Of a stretch of DNA of 64,000 bases, positions 1 through 41,869 are shown piece by piece. The notes beneath the pieces were generated by a model, which worked only from the letters and a program-made list of their open reading frames with translations, was not told the origin of the DNA and made no database searches. Numbering within the stretch: the stretch's first letter is position 1; every line of letters begins with the position of its first letter. Origin of the DNA: Tubiluchus corallicola (lineage: Eukaryota > Animalia > Priapulida); contig JAQGDQ010000125.1 in assembly GCA_030141605.1 (NCBI GenBank), positions 62,001-126,000 on the forward strand. The letters run 5' to 3'. The translations under genes were made by a program, and so were the position numbers.

Positions 1-3000
1 GATAAATGGAACAGCTCGTTGCTCGTGGTGTGTGTTTAGCAAACTTAGTAACCTAATATAAGTTAAGTATTGAGACTAGTCAATAACTTGATACGAGAAT
101 GCATGTAAAAGTGCCTTTTGGGCAGTTTCATTTCTTACACACCCCTATGCAATAAAATGTGCTAGGCAGCCATATTCAGTAGTACAAAGGCACAACATAG
201 AAAATCACATTTAAAAGGAATAAACTCAGACAGTTATTTGCTTGTACTGGCTGGACATTGGTATAAAGAGAACACGTGCGAAAAGCCCTCTGATGGGCCT
301 ATTCCTCGTACAATTACAGCAAAGAAAATCCACTGCAAATAGAAAATTATCAATAGGTGCTTATTACAATATAAAGCAACCCGTAACACATCCAATCAGC
401 CAATGTATTACTAAAACATTGGTCATGTACATTATTAAGTACTGAAAATACAAGTATGAACAAATTCATTTCCCTTTTATAATTAACCAGTATAATTGTT
501 AATTATTATTATGTGATTATCCTACATAAACAACTTAATCAGTTATACAGCAAATATCATTACAATCAAGTTTATTTAGTAGAATGAGTTAGTTAAATAT
601 AGTTGATTTACTTATGTTGAGTCCATTAATGGAAATATTACAGATGTAGTGCAATTACTGCACCCTTAGATATGACAGCAAATTAAACCAACATGCAGGA
701 AAATGACAAACATAAATAAAACAAGAGGAAAATCTTTTTCAGCCTTCCACTGTTCATCAGGTTACACTTCTAAATTTGTACGACTGCTTTGTACTAATAC
801 ACTACAGAAACAATTGTAGTTTTTTATCATTTCTGTATTCCACAAGCTTTCAACTCTCTCTGGCAGGGCCGCAGTGGTACAGCTACAACTTGTGACACCC
901 ATAGTGACACTTGAGTTTACATTTGTAAAATCTAGCAATGTTGCACAGCACTTACAATAAATTGCGGAGACACAAAGAGATAAAATAATAAAGCAATACT
1001 GAAAAAAAAATTGTTTGTGATAAGTAAATTCTCCCTGCATACTTCAAAAGCTATGATAGGCCCACTCAAAAGCTTCTTGAACTCTCAACACAGGAAAAAG
1101 TGTGTCTGTAAATGTACTTCACAGTTAACTCAAAACATGTACTGCACAGAAATTTTGAAAACAAAGAAAAGAAAAACTATGTAAATCTTACAAACATATT
1201 AAATCACTAGTTATCAGATTTCTTTGTCACAAACGTTCAACGATATGTGCCATAAACAGTGTTTTCCTGGAAAATTATTTACGTTTTGGCATTTTGGTTT
1301 TTGTTAAGGAAAATTCAAAAAGACTTTGAACAACGTTTATATATTTGTTAAATTAATGTTCAGAAAATCACACGTCGGCATCGAACAGCTGATCCACAAA
1401 CTTGAATGATTTTTAAAATATCATAATATCTGCAACAATAGACATGCTAATTATGACAGACAAATGTCTATTGCCTACAGCAATAAATACGATCCATAAA
1501 GTAGACAGCGACACTTGACTACTGTGTATGCACTTAATAACCTTTCTACTGTTCCGACAGAATCAACTTTTTCAGTGCACTTGATCAAAGTGCTGCCCTC
1601 TAATAAGTGCCACTTAGGGTGAAGTCTACCCCCCCCCAGCCATACCACTACAGGGCCCACTTGATGTGGATGCAGTAGGATCCTAACATATCTCACATCA
1701 AATATAATCTGAGATGAGTCACCAAAGACGTGTTTTACTCATGTTCAGGTTACATACACCTCCCTTAATCAGAAATATAACTGGGGCAATTGATGCAAGA
1801 TGAAACTGCCAAGCATAGTTTTCCAGTGTTCACCTATCCATTAAATAATAACTAATGCCTAACTTTGGTTAACTTTATAACAAAACCTACAATATAAAAC
1901 TGTTCAGCTATTTTCCTTGAATAGAAATATTACATACTGCAACTGCTAAAACAAAGTACACCACAAATAGTTTAATTTTAGAAAAGTATTGCACACTACT
2001 ACAAATGAAGCATGCCATGAAATTCAGCACCCTGATAACACACAAATCGTAATATATTACACTTCTAATCAAACTTTAGTCTTTGCTCTTAACTTACATG
2101 AAGTGTGAGCTTTTATTTCACAGTATCGCAATGCATAGTACAGCTATAACAAATAAACATATTAACTCATTTTTGGCCCCACGTTAAAAATTTTATCTAC
2201 GGGCCTACACAATAAAGGCAACGTATAATTCAACCATGTAAAATCATCTGCGCTAATCACACAAATTCTCGTGTTCTGCCTACACAAATTTGCAAAAGCT
2301 GCAAGTACTCATTAGCTGTGTTACCACGCTCCAGCAATGTGAACTCAAGCTTGTGAGAAATCATAAGTGACACATCAAAGAATTTGTTATGAGTGTTAAG
2401 TTCTGATCTCCTCTTGGAATTTCAGTGATAACGCAGAAGCAGAATAATACGAATTTTGGCACCAAAATTTATCTTTTCTGGAATTCTCAAATTCTGCCTT
2501 GTCCAAATTTTCATCCTGGATCAGAGCAATATGGATTCTGACATTCATATTCTTGCTTCTCACAAATTATCATACTAGCCAAACTGTGTTTTTGTGATCT
2601 TGGTACAGATTTTTCTGGACTAGATTTAGCAAAACAACAAAAGTTTGCTTTTACATTTGGGCGGTAATAGAAATATTTCACTTTCATTATGGAGCCATAC
2701 ATTTCTTATTGTGGATTCAGGTGGTATAAATTTATTAATGTGAACTGATGACATTCCTTTTTCAGACTATAAATTCAAGTAATAAAGTAAAGCTCATTTA
2801 CAAAAATTATTCACCACAAAATAAAATTCAACAAATACATGGATTTCCCACGACACTATGATGCTATATTCACATTCACTGTAAATACAAATGTTTTAAA
2901 GCAGTATATACAGAGGTAACAGTTCTTCAAAACTATTCTGCAGATTTTCTGACTAGCAAATGTTGGATCCGAGTTGCTTATAACTTTGTTACCCTCAATG

Positions 3001-3102
3001 AAATTTTTTCCGTTCATAATACTGAAATGTCAGCAGCAACTGCTACACAACTGCAGTAATGTACCACACGTCACCATGTAATTCAATTTTATCGTAGTTG
3101 GC

Positions 3103-15535
<12,433 letters not shown>

Positions 15536-15649
15536 TCTGTTTGTTTGGCTGTACTGTCATATTTCCGTATTAGAATGCGCCGCGACTGGATACTTTATCT
15601 ATGGTTTAAGATAACGTTACCGAATTGCTGGCAATAATTAAAAATATTT

Positions 15650-15736
15650 AATGATGATGATGAAGATGATATTGACAACAACAACAACAATAATAATAAT
15701 AACAATAATAACAACGACGACAACAACAACAACAAT
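15650..15736. repeat. Mixed trinucleotide microsatellite (GAT/CAA/TAA) upstream of FAF2
   Basis: Visible directly as atgatgatga...caacaacaacaataataataat...caacaacaac. Confidence 0.9.
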
Positions 15737-16037
15737 AGCGACTTGAGGTGAGCATCGAATTACAGGTGATTAAGGGACAGGGGTTAATAAAAACCCCATA
15801 TTTTTTCAATAAATAATTGTAGATTACGGATTTAAACATTACTATGGTTAAAGTGGCAATCACAATTGCAGGCGGATTATTCCATTCATTCACTGCAGTA
15901 AATTAGTATTTAGGAATGTCAAGACATGACCGCTCTTTAGAGACTTTTAACTAGATCCTCCAGTCTTAAAATAAACAACCAAATTAAAGAACTTTTCAAG
16001 CAAAATGTTTTCTTTTCTAGTTAGTATTTTGTAAACG

Positions 16038-16223
16038 TCAATAAGATCTCCATGGTGCCTTCTTAATGCAATACTTCAACCTTTCTAAATGTGTGAGATT
16101 TTTACAAACGAATATTATTCTTGCAGCACACTTTTGCACACCTTCCGTAAGCAATATGTCTTCCTGATAACGGGGATTCCAAAGCTGCACATTGCATTCT
16201 AGATGAATTCCAGTTGGTCTCAT
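16038..16223 (-). mobile_element. Degenerate CR1-like LINE ORF2 fragment
   Basis: HLECNVQLWNPRYQEDILLTEGVQKCAARII...LTHLERLK resembles the CR1 post-RT motif RPHLEY..VWNP...DI..LE.VQRRAT.II.....SYEERL. Confidence 0.75.
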
Positions 16224-18387
16224 GTATAGGTACTATGGTAAGGTACTATAGGTGCGGTATAGGTGCTATAGGTACTATAGAACCCCCTGTTTTCACTCAT
16301 TATTATCAATAATATTCAATTTGATGTCTTTTTCTTTAGTTCTTTCTTTATACTTGTGCGGAACCGGAGCATGGTAGTACTGTTTGCTTCACAGCCCAAG
16401 CAACGTGCTGTTTGGTTGTTGTGTGCATGCTGCCATTTGCACATGTCTGAGAATAACACACTATACACTAGCTGCACTGCTAGGCAGAAAAAGTACTGTT
16501 GCTAACACAGTTTCATTTACCATGTGCTTAACTGTGAAGTTTTATATGCTTGAATGTGTTAACGTGTAGACTTAGCATCTGTGACTGTATGTGAACTACA
16601 ACAGCTTACTTTTTCACAGTAGTCTTACCATGAGAAACTTGCAGTTAAGAAAAGAGGCCGTTCAACACTTGATCTTAATATCTTAGCCAGAAACAAGCAA
16701 CAACAAAAAGTATATTAGTAACTTTAATTCTAAATGGTATCAATGGAAAATTGGCTATGCGGCTGTAAAGTAAAAAATGCTTCCAGTGTTTAGGTCTTTA
16801 TCAAGTTTATATACAAATATTTAAATCCTTGTTTGTTTAGAATTACAATTACAAATTACAACATTAACATTACATACGTTTGTTTCGTTTTACATAGTAT
16901 TAAAGCAATGGCTAAAAATTTTCTGAAGCAGCACCCCAATTTGTGCTACAAGCTTCAACCGATGAGGTCTAACATAACTAATGTATAATTTCAACATAAA
17001 TTCTTCATTTCTGGAAACGATGTGCCTCGATCTTTATCATCCCGAGATTTTGTCGCTTTATAGTGAGAATACACATTCCTGGGAAAATTTCAGTCTGATG
17101 TTATTGAGTTGAAGTTAGAGTTCGAACATTCAAATTTGATTCGAACTCAAAATTATAGATTCGAATAATTCACGTCTTTAACTACATGCCTCCATCAAAA
17201 TTAAAACATTTGAAACATCATGCATGCAATCAGCACAATTTAGCTGCAATTTCTGCAGTTTTTGCAAAAACAATTTTAGTATTTTTACTGCAGAATAAAA
17301 TCAAGCTATACACATAAGTTTTGTGAAACCTCTTTTTACTATTAATTCGAAAATTTATTCAAAAATCTTTGATACTGAATTTGAATTCATTTCGGAATCA
17401 AGTTCTCGAAATTCGATTTGATTTGAGTGAGAAAGTTACAAATTTCATTTGATTCAATTTTGCTTTGTGGTAGAGAATATATGCTCACCCGTTTTATAGT
17501 GATCATTGAGCGTTCTAATCAATAAAAATGAATTATGGTTTTCAGATGCTCATTTATAGTTATCAATACAGAGTAAAATGTAACTTCTTGCTAGAAGAGT
17601 AGAAAAAAAACAAGTAATAATATACAGTACAAAACAATTTATTACATTGAAGTATTGCTGAATCAATCAAGTATATATTATGTCCTGAATGTTTGTAAAC
17701 CATTGTGGATCTTGGAGATTTAAAGTCAAATTCAACATTCTCCAACACATCCTTCAAGTACCTCACAAACTTGTTTTTGGGATAATCAATAATATATGTT
17801 TGGATCATCTAAATCTGTATTCTGTCTTTTAGAATAGGTCCAGTGTGTTCAATGTGATTGGGGTCTGTCGAGTTTTCAAACCATTCATATCAATCTACGT
17901 GCCTACATGATCAAATCCCTCACAGAAGATTACATGCTCTACACACTTATCTGTCGAGGGCCCAATGATGAGGGGACGTGACCGGTTCTAGCCTTATTCA
18001 GCAGTACGTTGATGTAATAAACTGTAATGTACTTAATCGTTGGTTTTGTACACTACCCTTTAGTAAAGTGTGACATTACATCCATAGAATGTTACGAACT
18101 TATAACGTTCTTACAGAAACAAATTAACAAATGAATATTCTTTTGTTTGAGGTTGAGAAACAATCGAGGAAGTCTAGAAGTTTCACCTCTAATACTGAAT
18201 AAAAAGAGGAACTTTTGAGACTTTTGCTTTTGCGCATTTTTTTCTACTTGGAGAAGAGTATTCGTTAGTGCGAGAGAGTCCGCGCAGACCATGTTGTTGT
18301 CCTAGACGTTCCAAAGTTTCCCCTATTGACGTATTGGCTCGTTTAACCCGTTAAGCATTTCGTTTTTGAGAAAAAGTAGAAGTTTGT

Positions 18388-22217
<3,830 letters not shown>

Positions 22218-23180
22218 TTTGCTGGTTTAGTCACTAGGCTAATAGGTTACTGCACTGAAAAAAACTAACAACTATTAGTTTTTATTAATGTGTAAAATTT
22301 GATTCTGCATGCTGCTAAACATTAAAATTAGCCAATGAAGGTGGACAGCCATTGTCTCTCTGTTTGTAATCTAACGATTCATCTGTTGTTTAATAATGTA
22401 AATAGTTGCGATATATTTTTTTATAAAAAATGCAATAATATATATTTGTAAGTTCTTTATTAGTCATTTAATTTGTGGTACTGTTATTGTTATAATCATG
22501 TCATAAATATATGATGTCTTATTCAAATTAACTTTTTCAAATCAACTGTTATTTACCATGATTTTTCTGGTTGCTGACTGTGATGGATGTAAAATTAGAT
22601 GACATGCTAACTTTATATTGTAAGTAGACGAGTGTGTAACAATTTACACATCTGTTCTGTAGAGTGAACTTGACGCTACTAAATCATAACAGTCAGAAAG
22701 TCTAATAATTTGACTCTTTTAGTTAATAATTTTTTCAGTGGTTGTTCCAAAGCAAGTATAAAATCATTTTCTTAGCAAAACTGTACTTTTTTAATTTGTG
22801 TCACCCGCAGATGTTGACAAGTTTTTGCATTTTGCGAAAGTGATTTTTCGTATTGTTCACAATAGTGACGCTAAGGGTAAATGGAATTTTTTTCCATATT
22901 AGGCTATTTCAGTATGACAGCTTCTGATTAAAGATTGTTCTTTCTGCATTTCCGCATTACAGCTTATTAGTAATGCATACTAGCAAAATGGACAAAGACA
23001 CTTATTTACAGTCACTGGGACAACATTGATAATAGACTACTACGTGCATACGACATTTAATGAACACAACTACACTTGAGATGCACAAACAGTAGATAAC
23101 AACTGTCATGGCCTGTGTCGAAAGACATCTTGCTGTCATTGAGGCAGTCTAAGTTTGCCAAACTTTTCTGGGTCAGGCTG

Positions 23181-23700
23181 CTAATATAAATCTAATCGGG
23201 ACTTAAACACGGAAGGGTTATTGACATTGACGACATTTTCGGGTAGCTTATTCCATTCGTCAACCATCCACATCGAAAGAATCTCTCGTTTTCTGCTCCA
23301 TTTTTTGGAGGCTACTCTTCTTGATTTTGTAAGGATGCTCTGGAGTACTTCCATATGTCTAAGACAGAAGGTAGAAACATTTTGCTAGCATCAATGTGAT
23401 AAAAACCTTTTAAGGTACGGAAGGTTTGGATCAAGTCTTGCATCTTACGCCTATACTTTAAAGTTTTCTTATACTTTCCTTATCGTATCTTGCTTCGCTG
23501 GATTCCAAACTATGTCGCCACAATCCAAAATTGGTCTAATCATTGACTTGTATAATTGAATCATCAGGGCCTAATTAAATAAACGAAGTTTTGCTTAACA
23601 ACCATAAGCCTTCTGCGAGCTTTAGTAACAGTGTGATGAATGTGGCTTTGTTAAGCAAGTTATCAACAATGATGCCGAAGTCTTTTTGTCCAATGACATT
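23181..23700 (-). mobile_element. Degenerate CR1-like LINE, 3' part of ORF2
   Basis: Minus-strand peptides KDFGIIVD, YRRKMQDLIQTFRTLKGF and WMVDEWNKLPENVVNVNNPSVFKSRLDLY* match the CR1 C-terminal consensus; frameshifted. Confidence 0.85.
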
Positions 23701-24022
23701 ATTTTGTAATTTCTATACAAATTACAGTAGTACAATATTTATTATTATAGTGGTACAAAAATTGCTACTGTCATAAATTTAAGTCCCCGTACGTGACACG
23801 CATGACTGACTGCTTTTATAACTGGTGTGCACTGTAACTTGTAGACTGTGGTTGTCGTAGTCGCTTAACATTTTTTGACTTTCACTCTATCTGAAAGACA
23901 TCGTGATTATAAAGTTTCGTACAGTTTGCTAATTTGTTAAATGCGCGTCGTGCAGTTGACAACGTGTAGTCTCTAAATTAATTTCTAAAACCCGGCTTTC
24001 GGTGATACGGCATTTTATTGCA

Positions 24023-35405
<11,383 letters not shown>

Positions 35406-35601
35406 GGCACGAGTTGTTAGCAAATATCGTGATAAGTTGATAACCTTGGTGATAGACTGCAAGGACTAGCACATCTTCAGTTCTTAATGAGTGGTGAATT
35501 TTGTAACTTTAATTATTGATTCTTTCTGTTTTCAATGGCTGTAATTATCAATAAATTTAGATTTTACATTTTTACATTTGTTGTTGTTGTTCTGTAATGA
35601 T

Positions 35602-36090
35602 CAGGGTGCATAAGATTATGGATATGCATAAAATAAATAAAATAGCTTATTTTATGGATTTTCGAAATTTTATTTTATGGATATCAATAAAATAAGAAAT
35701 AGACTATATCTGGAACGTGATGCCCAGGGGGAAATCAATTAAAAAGTAAAAACAGGAGTGCTTGAAACGTGTTTTTAAACACGCAGGACTTAGTTTCAGA
35801 CCGAACTTCAGCTCATGCTTTGGTTGAAACTTCGCCATCTTGATAACAAAAAGACAATGAGAAAAAAACAATGTAAAATAGCAAATCCGGAAATGTGCTT
35901 TTGTTGGTTTGTTTTCTTTCTCCTTCTAACGCTCGTTTTTCAGTGTTGCCAATGCTTACAACTCGTTACTTTGTACAAAAAATCACAAAATTTTCTTTTT
36001 TATTTTATGCATTTATGTTATGAATTTTTCAAATTTTATTTTATGGATTTTTGGTCTTATTTATGGATATCCATAATCTTATGCAGCCTG
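35602..36090. mobile_element. hAT-like MITE, 489 bp, apparently young
   Basis: 31-bp TIR CAGG(G/C)TGCATAAGATTATGGATAT(G/C)CATAAA and a perfect 8-bp TSD GTAATGAT (35594-35601 and 36091-36098). Confidence 0.92.
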
Positions 36091-37465
36091 GTAATGATGT
36101 TCTGGTGCACAGAGCAAGCACCATGGGATGACATTACTGTGTACACTTAATAAAAGTTCCATTGTAAGAATGCCATAAACTGTGCATTAACCATAGTCCT
36201 GAACTGTAAACTTGCCAAACAGAGAAGTCACTAGAATGCAAATAAGATGTACCCGTGTTTATTATAGTCATACCTAAATAAGTATGAGTTTCATCTGTTT
36301 TACAAGAATTTGTTCTATTCATAGCAGTTATGCAGATAACTTTAATATGAATATGGGGCAATTCTGATCACTCGGGCATTTAATATGATGGAATGTTATT
36401 ATATTGTTTATAATGTATGATGTCACCGATAAAACTTCAATATTTTTACATGAAACGAATGACATCATTACACATCAAATTTAGTATGACTAAAACTGTT
36501 AGTACATATCCATATAATTATGAAAATATAGTAATAAAGAAATATAAACACCTAAATATTTATAATCCAGAAAAAAAACTTTTGCACCAATATAAATTCT
36601 ATGGAACAATCACCTTAGTACACAAAATGTGATAATTAGCAAACAAGATAGTCAACATTTAATCATAAAATGTACAAAGATAAACAATAAGCAAATGTTA
36701 CTAAGCCAAATAAGTTACTGGTGCAACAACTAAGATTAGGCCATCGTATGAATACGTCTCTAACACAAAAATAATGATAAATACACGTAGTATGTTTCAG
36801 ATACACCACCATTACATGTTGCCCATCACTGTTATGTCTTAAGGACTAAATAACTTTATGAAAAACCACAGATACAAAGTGAAATGCACAATTGCCTTGC
36901 CCAGAAAGCAACTATTTAGTAATTATATGAATGTTCCAATAGCATTTCTGACTGCTTATATTCATAAATGTAAATTTTGTATATCATAATATTTTACTTC
37001 ATATATAGTTACAATTAATATTGCGTGAACTTGGTAGTCATGTGCTGGAAATCTCAAAACAAAATGCTTAATTTTCCCATTAACAGACTCATCTGAGGCG
37101 CTATTGTACATGTAGGTGAATTGCTGCTGGCATAATCCCAATACAGTTCAACTTGATTTGATGCTAAAATATTTCTATGTAAATCAGGAGAGTTTGCCTA
37201 TGCAAAACTTTTATTTGCTTTATCAAAAGAGAGAAAAGAATCACTGAGGTGACAAAAAAGCATAGCACAAGTCTCATTTTGCAAATAGTCGCTATAATAT
37301 ACAGTGTAGGTGCTGAGAAGTTTAGTGTTTTATCAACTTTCTTTAGTTACAATGGAGAGCCTGCTCTTAAAAGTGAACTACAGCATCAGTTTCATTATTA
37401 AAATAAGTTACACTATGCAACATGCCCTCTGTGAGTGGTAAGACAAAAAACAGGTCCTTGCGCAT

Positions 37466-40400
37466 TTATTTGATCTGTTTAGGCTCATCTGTCATGGGTG
37501 TCACCGGGGCGGACTGTGTCTGTTGTCGAATGTCCAGCTCATTATTAACATCGTCTGTGATCACGTCAGGGTGGCTCGTTGACTCTGGATTACCAATTAC
37601 CTTTGCCTGAAAATCAAACAAAATTCTCAAATAAAGAATAAAACTAATCTGCACTGCAAAATGAACACAAGAATGCACGACTGTGAAAAGTGTGACAGGC
37701 ATTAAAGTAAAACCACTAAGTCTCCGTAAATATACCGATTTCTCATTGCCATAATTAAACAGTTTACATAATACGCATTCTACACACAAGGTTTGCTTCT
37801 TGATGCAGTGAAAACAGTGGCGTCAACAGCAGGGACAAGCAGGATATGTGCAATGGGGTTAAGCTGGCATTTTTATTATAGATGATAAACGCAACATATA
37901 TTTAGATAAAAGACCAGTTCTTTGCCAGTTTTCCTTTGTTATCGTTTGAATTATAATAGAGACAATACCGAGAGTTATAATAGGAATAATTAACAAAGCA
38001 AAAATTTCCAAAAGCATTGAAAACAGTCAAATTTGACTACATTAAACCACTAGTACTGCTATTTGAACTTGAAATGCAAATCGATTTCCTGTTTTTTTAA
38101 ATTCACAGACGAGTGAATGATGCTATCTTACCATAGCTTTTAATTCCATTATTGCACTGTGCTTACCAAGCCTTTGCTGCAAACCCGAAGTTGTTATATA
38201 AAATTCAAGATACGTAGTTCAGATTTCACATTTGCACTTCAAAGGCCATTTATTTAACTGACAAAAACCGATCTCGAGACCAAGACCAGACTGGAATAGG
38301 CAGAAGCCTCATTAGACTCATTAGTTTATTAGTAGTTGGTTCAATACTGACCAGCAATGAAGGCAGTATCAGTTTAAGTAATAACTTCAAAACCTACCAA
38401 AGACCATCGTCTCCTCTGCAGCATGAAAAAGTAGATGAAATTATAGTTATACATGAATCAACATAAACAATCAATCAATCAGTTAACAAGACAATCATCT
38501 ACTACATGATAACTGTAATGCATAAATTTCATTTGCAATCACTTTTGCCATACATGTTACCTTACGTAAATGTCTTTATGTCTTACAATGTAAAAACCCA
38601 AGATGGCAGTAACAATTTAAATGGGTTTCTTAATGGTTGGTCACTATAACTTGACAACAACGTAAAATATTGTATCCAGGGTTTACGTCCAAGTACAGAT
38701 GGGCATATTAATCATTTTAGTATGACAAATTCCTCCTAGATGGCACATAATGCCGGAGCGATGTTTGATAGCTACCACAAACACTGTTACCTAGATAAGT
38801 GTAGCTGCAATTCATCTGTGTGAGTGGAATGCTTAACATTTCAGATTAAAAAATAACAATAGAAAAAAAAGTAAATGACAGATTCACTTTGCAGCATTAT
38901 ACCTAACAATATTCAAGGTAAAACAAGTAATATTTTTCTTGAATGTTACTGAAAAGAAACTAGTTGTCAATTAAATATAATTACTAGTTGATGATGCTAT
39001 CATAGCTGTAACTTAACACGATTACAAACTTAATTTTTTTAACTTATTTGAAATAAAGTAAAAATTGAAATATTAAAGGGAAATGGAAGCACTTTATAAA
39101 GTAAAGTTTAAATTAATGTTCTTAAGAAAGGTTTAAATTAATATTCCTACAGTTAAAGCGAAAAGCTAATGCATTTTAATTGAACAGAAGTTGCAAGCAG
39201 GGACTAAACTTTTTAACGTGAAATGGATTACGCTATCTCGATTTTGAAGTGCATGCCACTGGTCATGACGTCATCGGTATGTCGCCAGGAATACAGCGTT
39301 TAATGTGAATTTGCTTTGCAAAGTTTATGCGTGTTATCAGGAAACAAAAATTATCTGATGAGCAACCCTCCAAAATCCATATTTTTTGTAGATATCAGTC
39401 GAGTATAGCCTTTGAGATATTGGCTTTGACACTGTCAAGTCTCGACAATGTTTATTGGTAGTATTTACCACTCATACAACGAACATAATTAAGAAAAAAA
39501 TTTCTGTCAAATGAAATGAAATCTCATTCTTGCAAAATTTAAACTTGCTTATTTGAAAAAAAGTTTCATGGCTACTGCATTTTAATATTTCAACAAATTT
39601 TCAAGCTTATTATATAGTACAGCATATATGAGGTAGAATCAAATCAACTTTTGTAAGGCTATCTTTTCATAATAACGATATGAAGACATAAATCAACAAA
39701 GTACACACACAATGAATTTTCAAACCTCTTATTTGTCTTGGTCTTAGGGTAAAACACTTTAAGATTGGGTAATGTATTAAGGCATTGATCAGTTTCATAT
39801 TTTGTACTGCAAGAAACTCCTCATGCAGACTTTCCAACTCTCCCGAATTTTCATCCGGAGACTAAGATTCCTTTCTTCCAATTTTTCACCAAATCTTACT
39901 ACAATGTAAACATCTCACAAAATGCAATGGCAGCAAGGTAAAACACCCCTCCCTTTTCCCGAAATAAAATCGCCCACCTATGGCACAACACAGCGTGAAA
40001 AAAATCGTCTAGGAATGCACTTAACTGCAATAAAACTTAATACAGAAATCTACTCAAAGCTTTAGTTTAATGAAGCCACTAAAGTTGGGACTGCAAAGAA
40101 GGTTTTACCAAGAGTCTGAAAATGTAAGCTTCACTTTTCCAAAGATTTAGAAAGTGCCGTCTGCAAGGTTTGTGATTTTGTCCTATTATAGTACATCTGT
40201 GACTTCAGCAGCTGTGATTTGTAATGCTGTTGCTAAGTTCGCTGCCTTGTCTAACTTCGGTGACACTCTTAAGGCTATCTGTAGTCAAGATGGTGCAAAG
40301 CAGGTTGCTTTTGCAGCAAAAATTAACGAATCCAATTGGTTCTACTGATAAAATGTTTAGACCATGTTAACAGGTATGTAATTTTACATCATGGTGCATG

Positions 40401-41823
40401 GGAATTGATTTAAATCTCACTTTACACTGCCCTTTAAACTACTATCTGCAAAGTATCATTCGGCGTTGATGCCTGTTCTTGAGGTATTTAAGACACCCAA
40501 CGATTTATGGTTGTACCGCAGCCTGTTCAGTTCTTGTGTAAGCATTTGGAAACAATAACATCATTATTACAAGGAAATTAGTAATGAATAACACCTACCC
40601 ATGATGCTCGGCCACTTTTAGACTGCTCGTAAAGTCAAAAAAGTAAAATATAAAATCATGTAATGCATAACAGCTTCACTAGAATGCCATAATTCAACAG
40701 TTTTATTAGAAGGGATTCACATCTGTACAGTTTATTATTTTATATTAATGTATACACAAAATATGCGAGAAAAAATTATTAATAATAATTATTTCTGTGA
40801 GTTGTTACACTAAATACTGTACTCACGTTTTTTGTAAACTACTGATAACTATGAGTGTTACAAAATTGCAACAAATCCCAATAACTAAAATAAATAATAA
40901 TACCTGTCAGTTTTTAAAATAAATTATGCACTTTACTTTTCAGATAGGCTAATGTTAGCAGAAGTGTTACAAATAAGACGCTAAAAGGAACAACATGCAA
41001 AAATATTTTTAAGTATGTGTAAGAAACTCTCACCTTGACATTCGTATAGGCCGATCCTACTTTTTCCTCAAAGGACTTATATGCAGCAGTATTCCTATGT
41101 ATAACAATTTGAAACATTAGCTTTATTAAAAACACAATTTTGCTCTTTCATTTAAATCATACACAGAAAATGAAAAATAAAATGCATCATAAATTATTTG
41201 GTAATAGATGATAATAAAATGTTTGGAAGGAGTTTACAATTCCTCATACAATTTAAATACCCTAACCCTAATCCTAGCCCCAACCTAACCCTAAACCTAA
41301 CCCTAACCTAATCCTAGCCCCAACCTAACCCTAATCCTAGCCCCAACCTAACCCTAAACCTAACCTCAACCTACTCCTAGCCCCAACCTAACCCTAACCC
41401 AAACTCTAACTTTACTTCACGAACTAATTTTGAGCTCGCTGTATGTGGGAATTGTAAACTTTACCAAATGTTTAACAGTCAATAATCGTATTAACAGAGG
41501 CCCTCACACTTCATTAAATTTAAATTTAATTTATTACATTTACTTAATATTTTAAATGCATTTCACAATAATAAAAACAACTATTTTAGAATGAATTAGT
41601 AGCAATTATTTGCAATATAACACTGTATAATACAAATTGAACGACGCAATCAAAGTAAGAAATAACATTTACTTTGTTTGCAACTCACAACGCAAACATA
41701 GTTAAAATGCCTAAGGTTTTACAGAGGTTATACAAGTGCATGCATGCACGCTTATGCACACACACTTACCCTCACATGTCGCCGATGCACACACATGCAC
41801 GCACACACACACACACACACATG

Positions 41824-41869
<46 letters not shown>

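Noticed and set aside
242-2702. Short ORFs downstream of FAF2
   Set aside because: No recognisable domains or consistent exon chain; treated as 3'UTR or intergenic sequence.
41260-41410. Chromosome end or telomere-fusion scar
   Set aside because: The array is short, degenerate, in one orientation and enclosed by TIRs and a TSD, so it is part of a mobile element.
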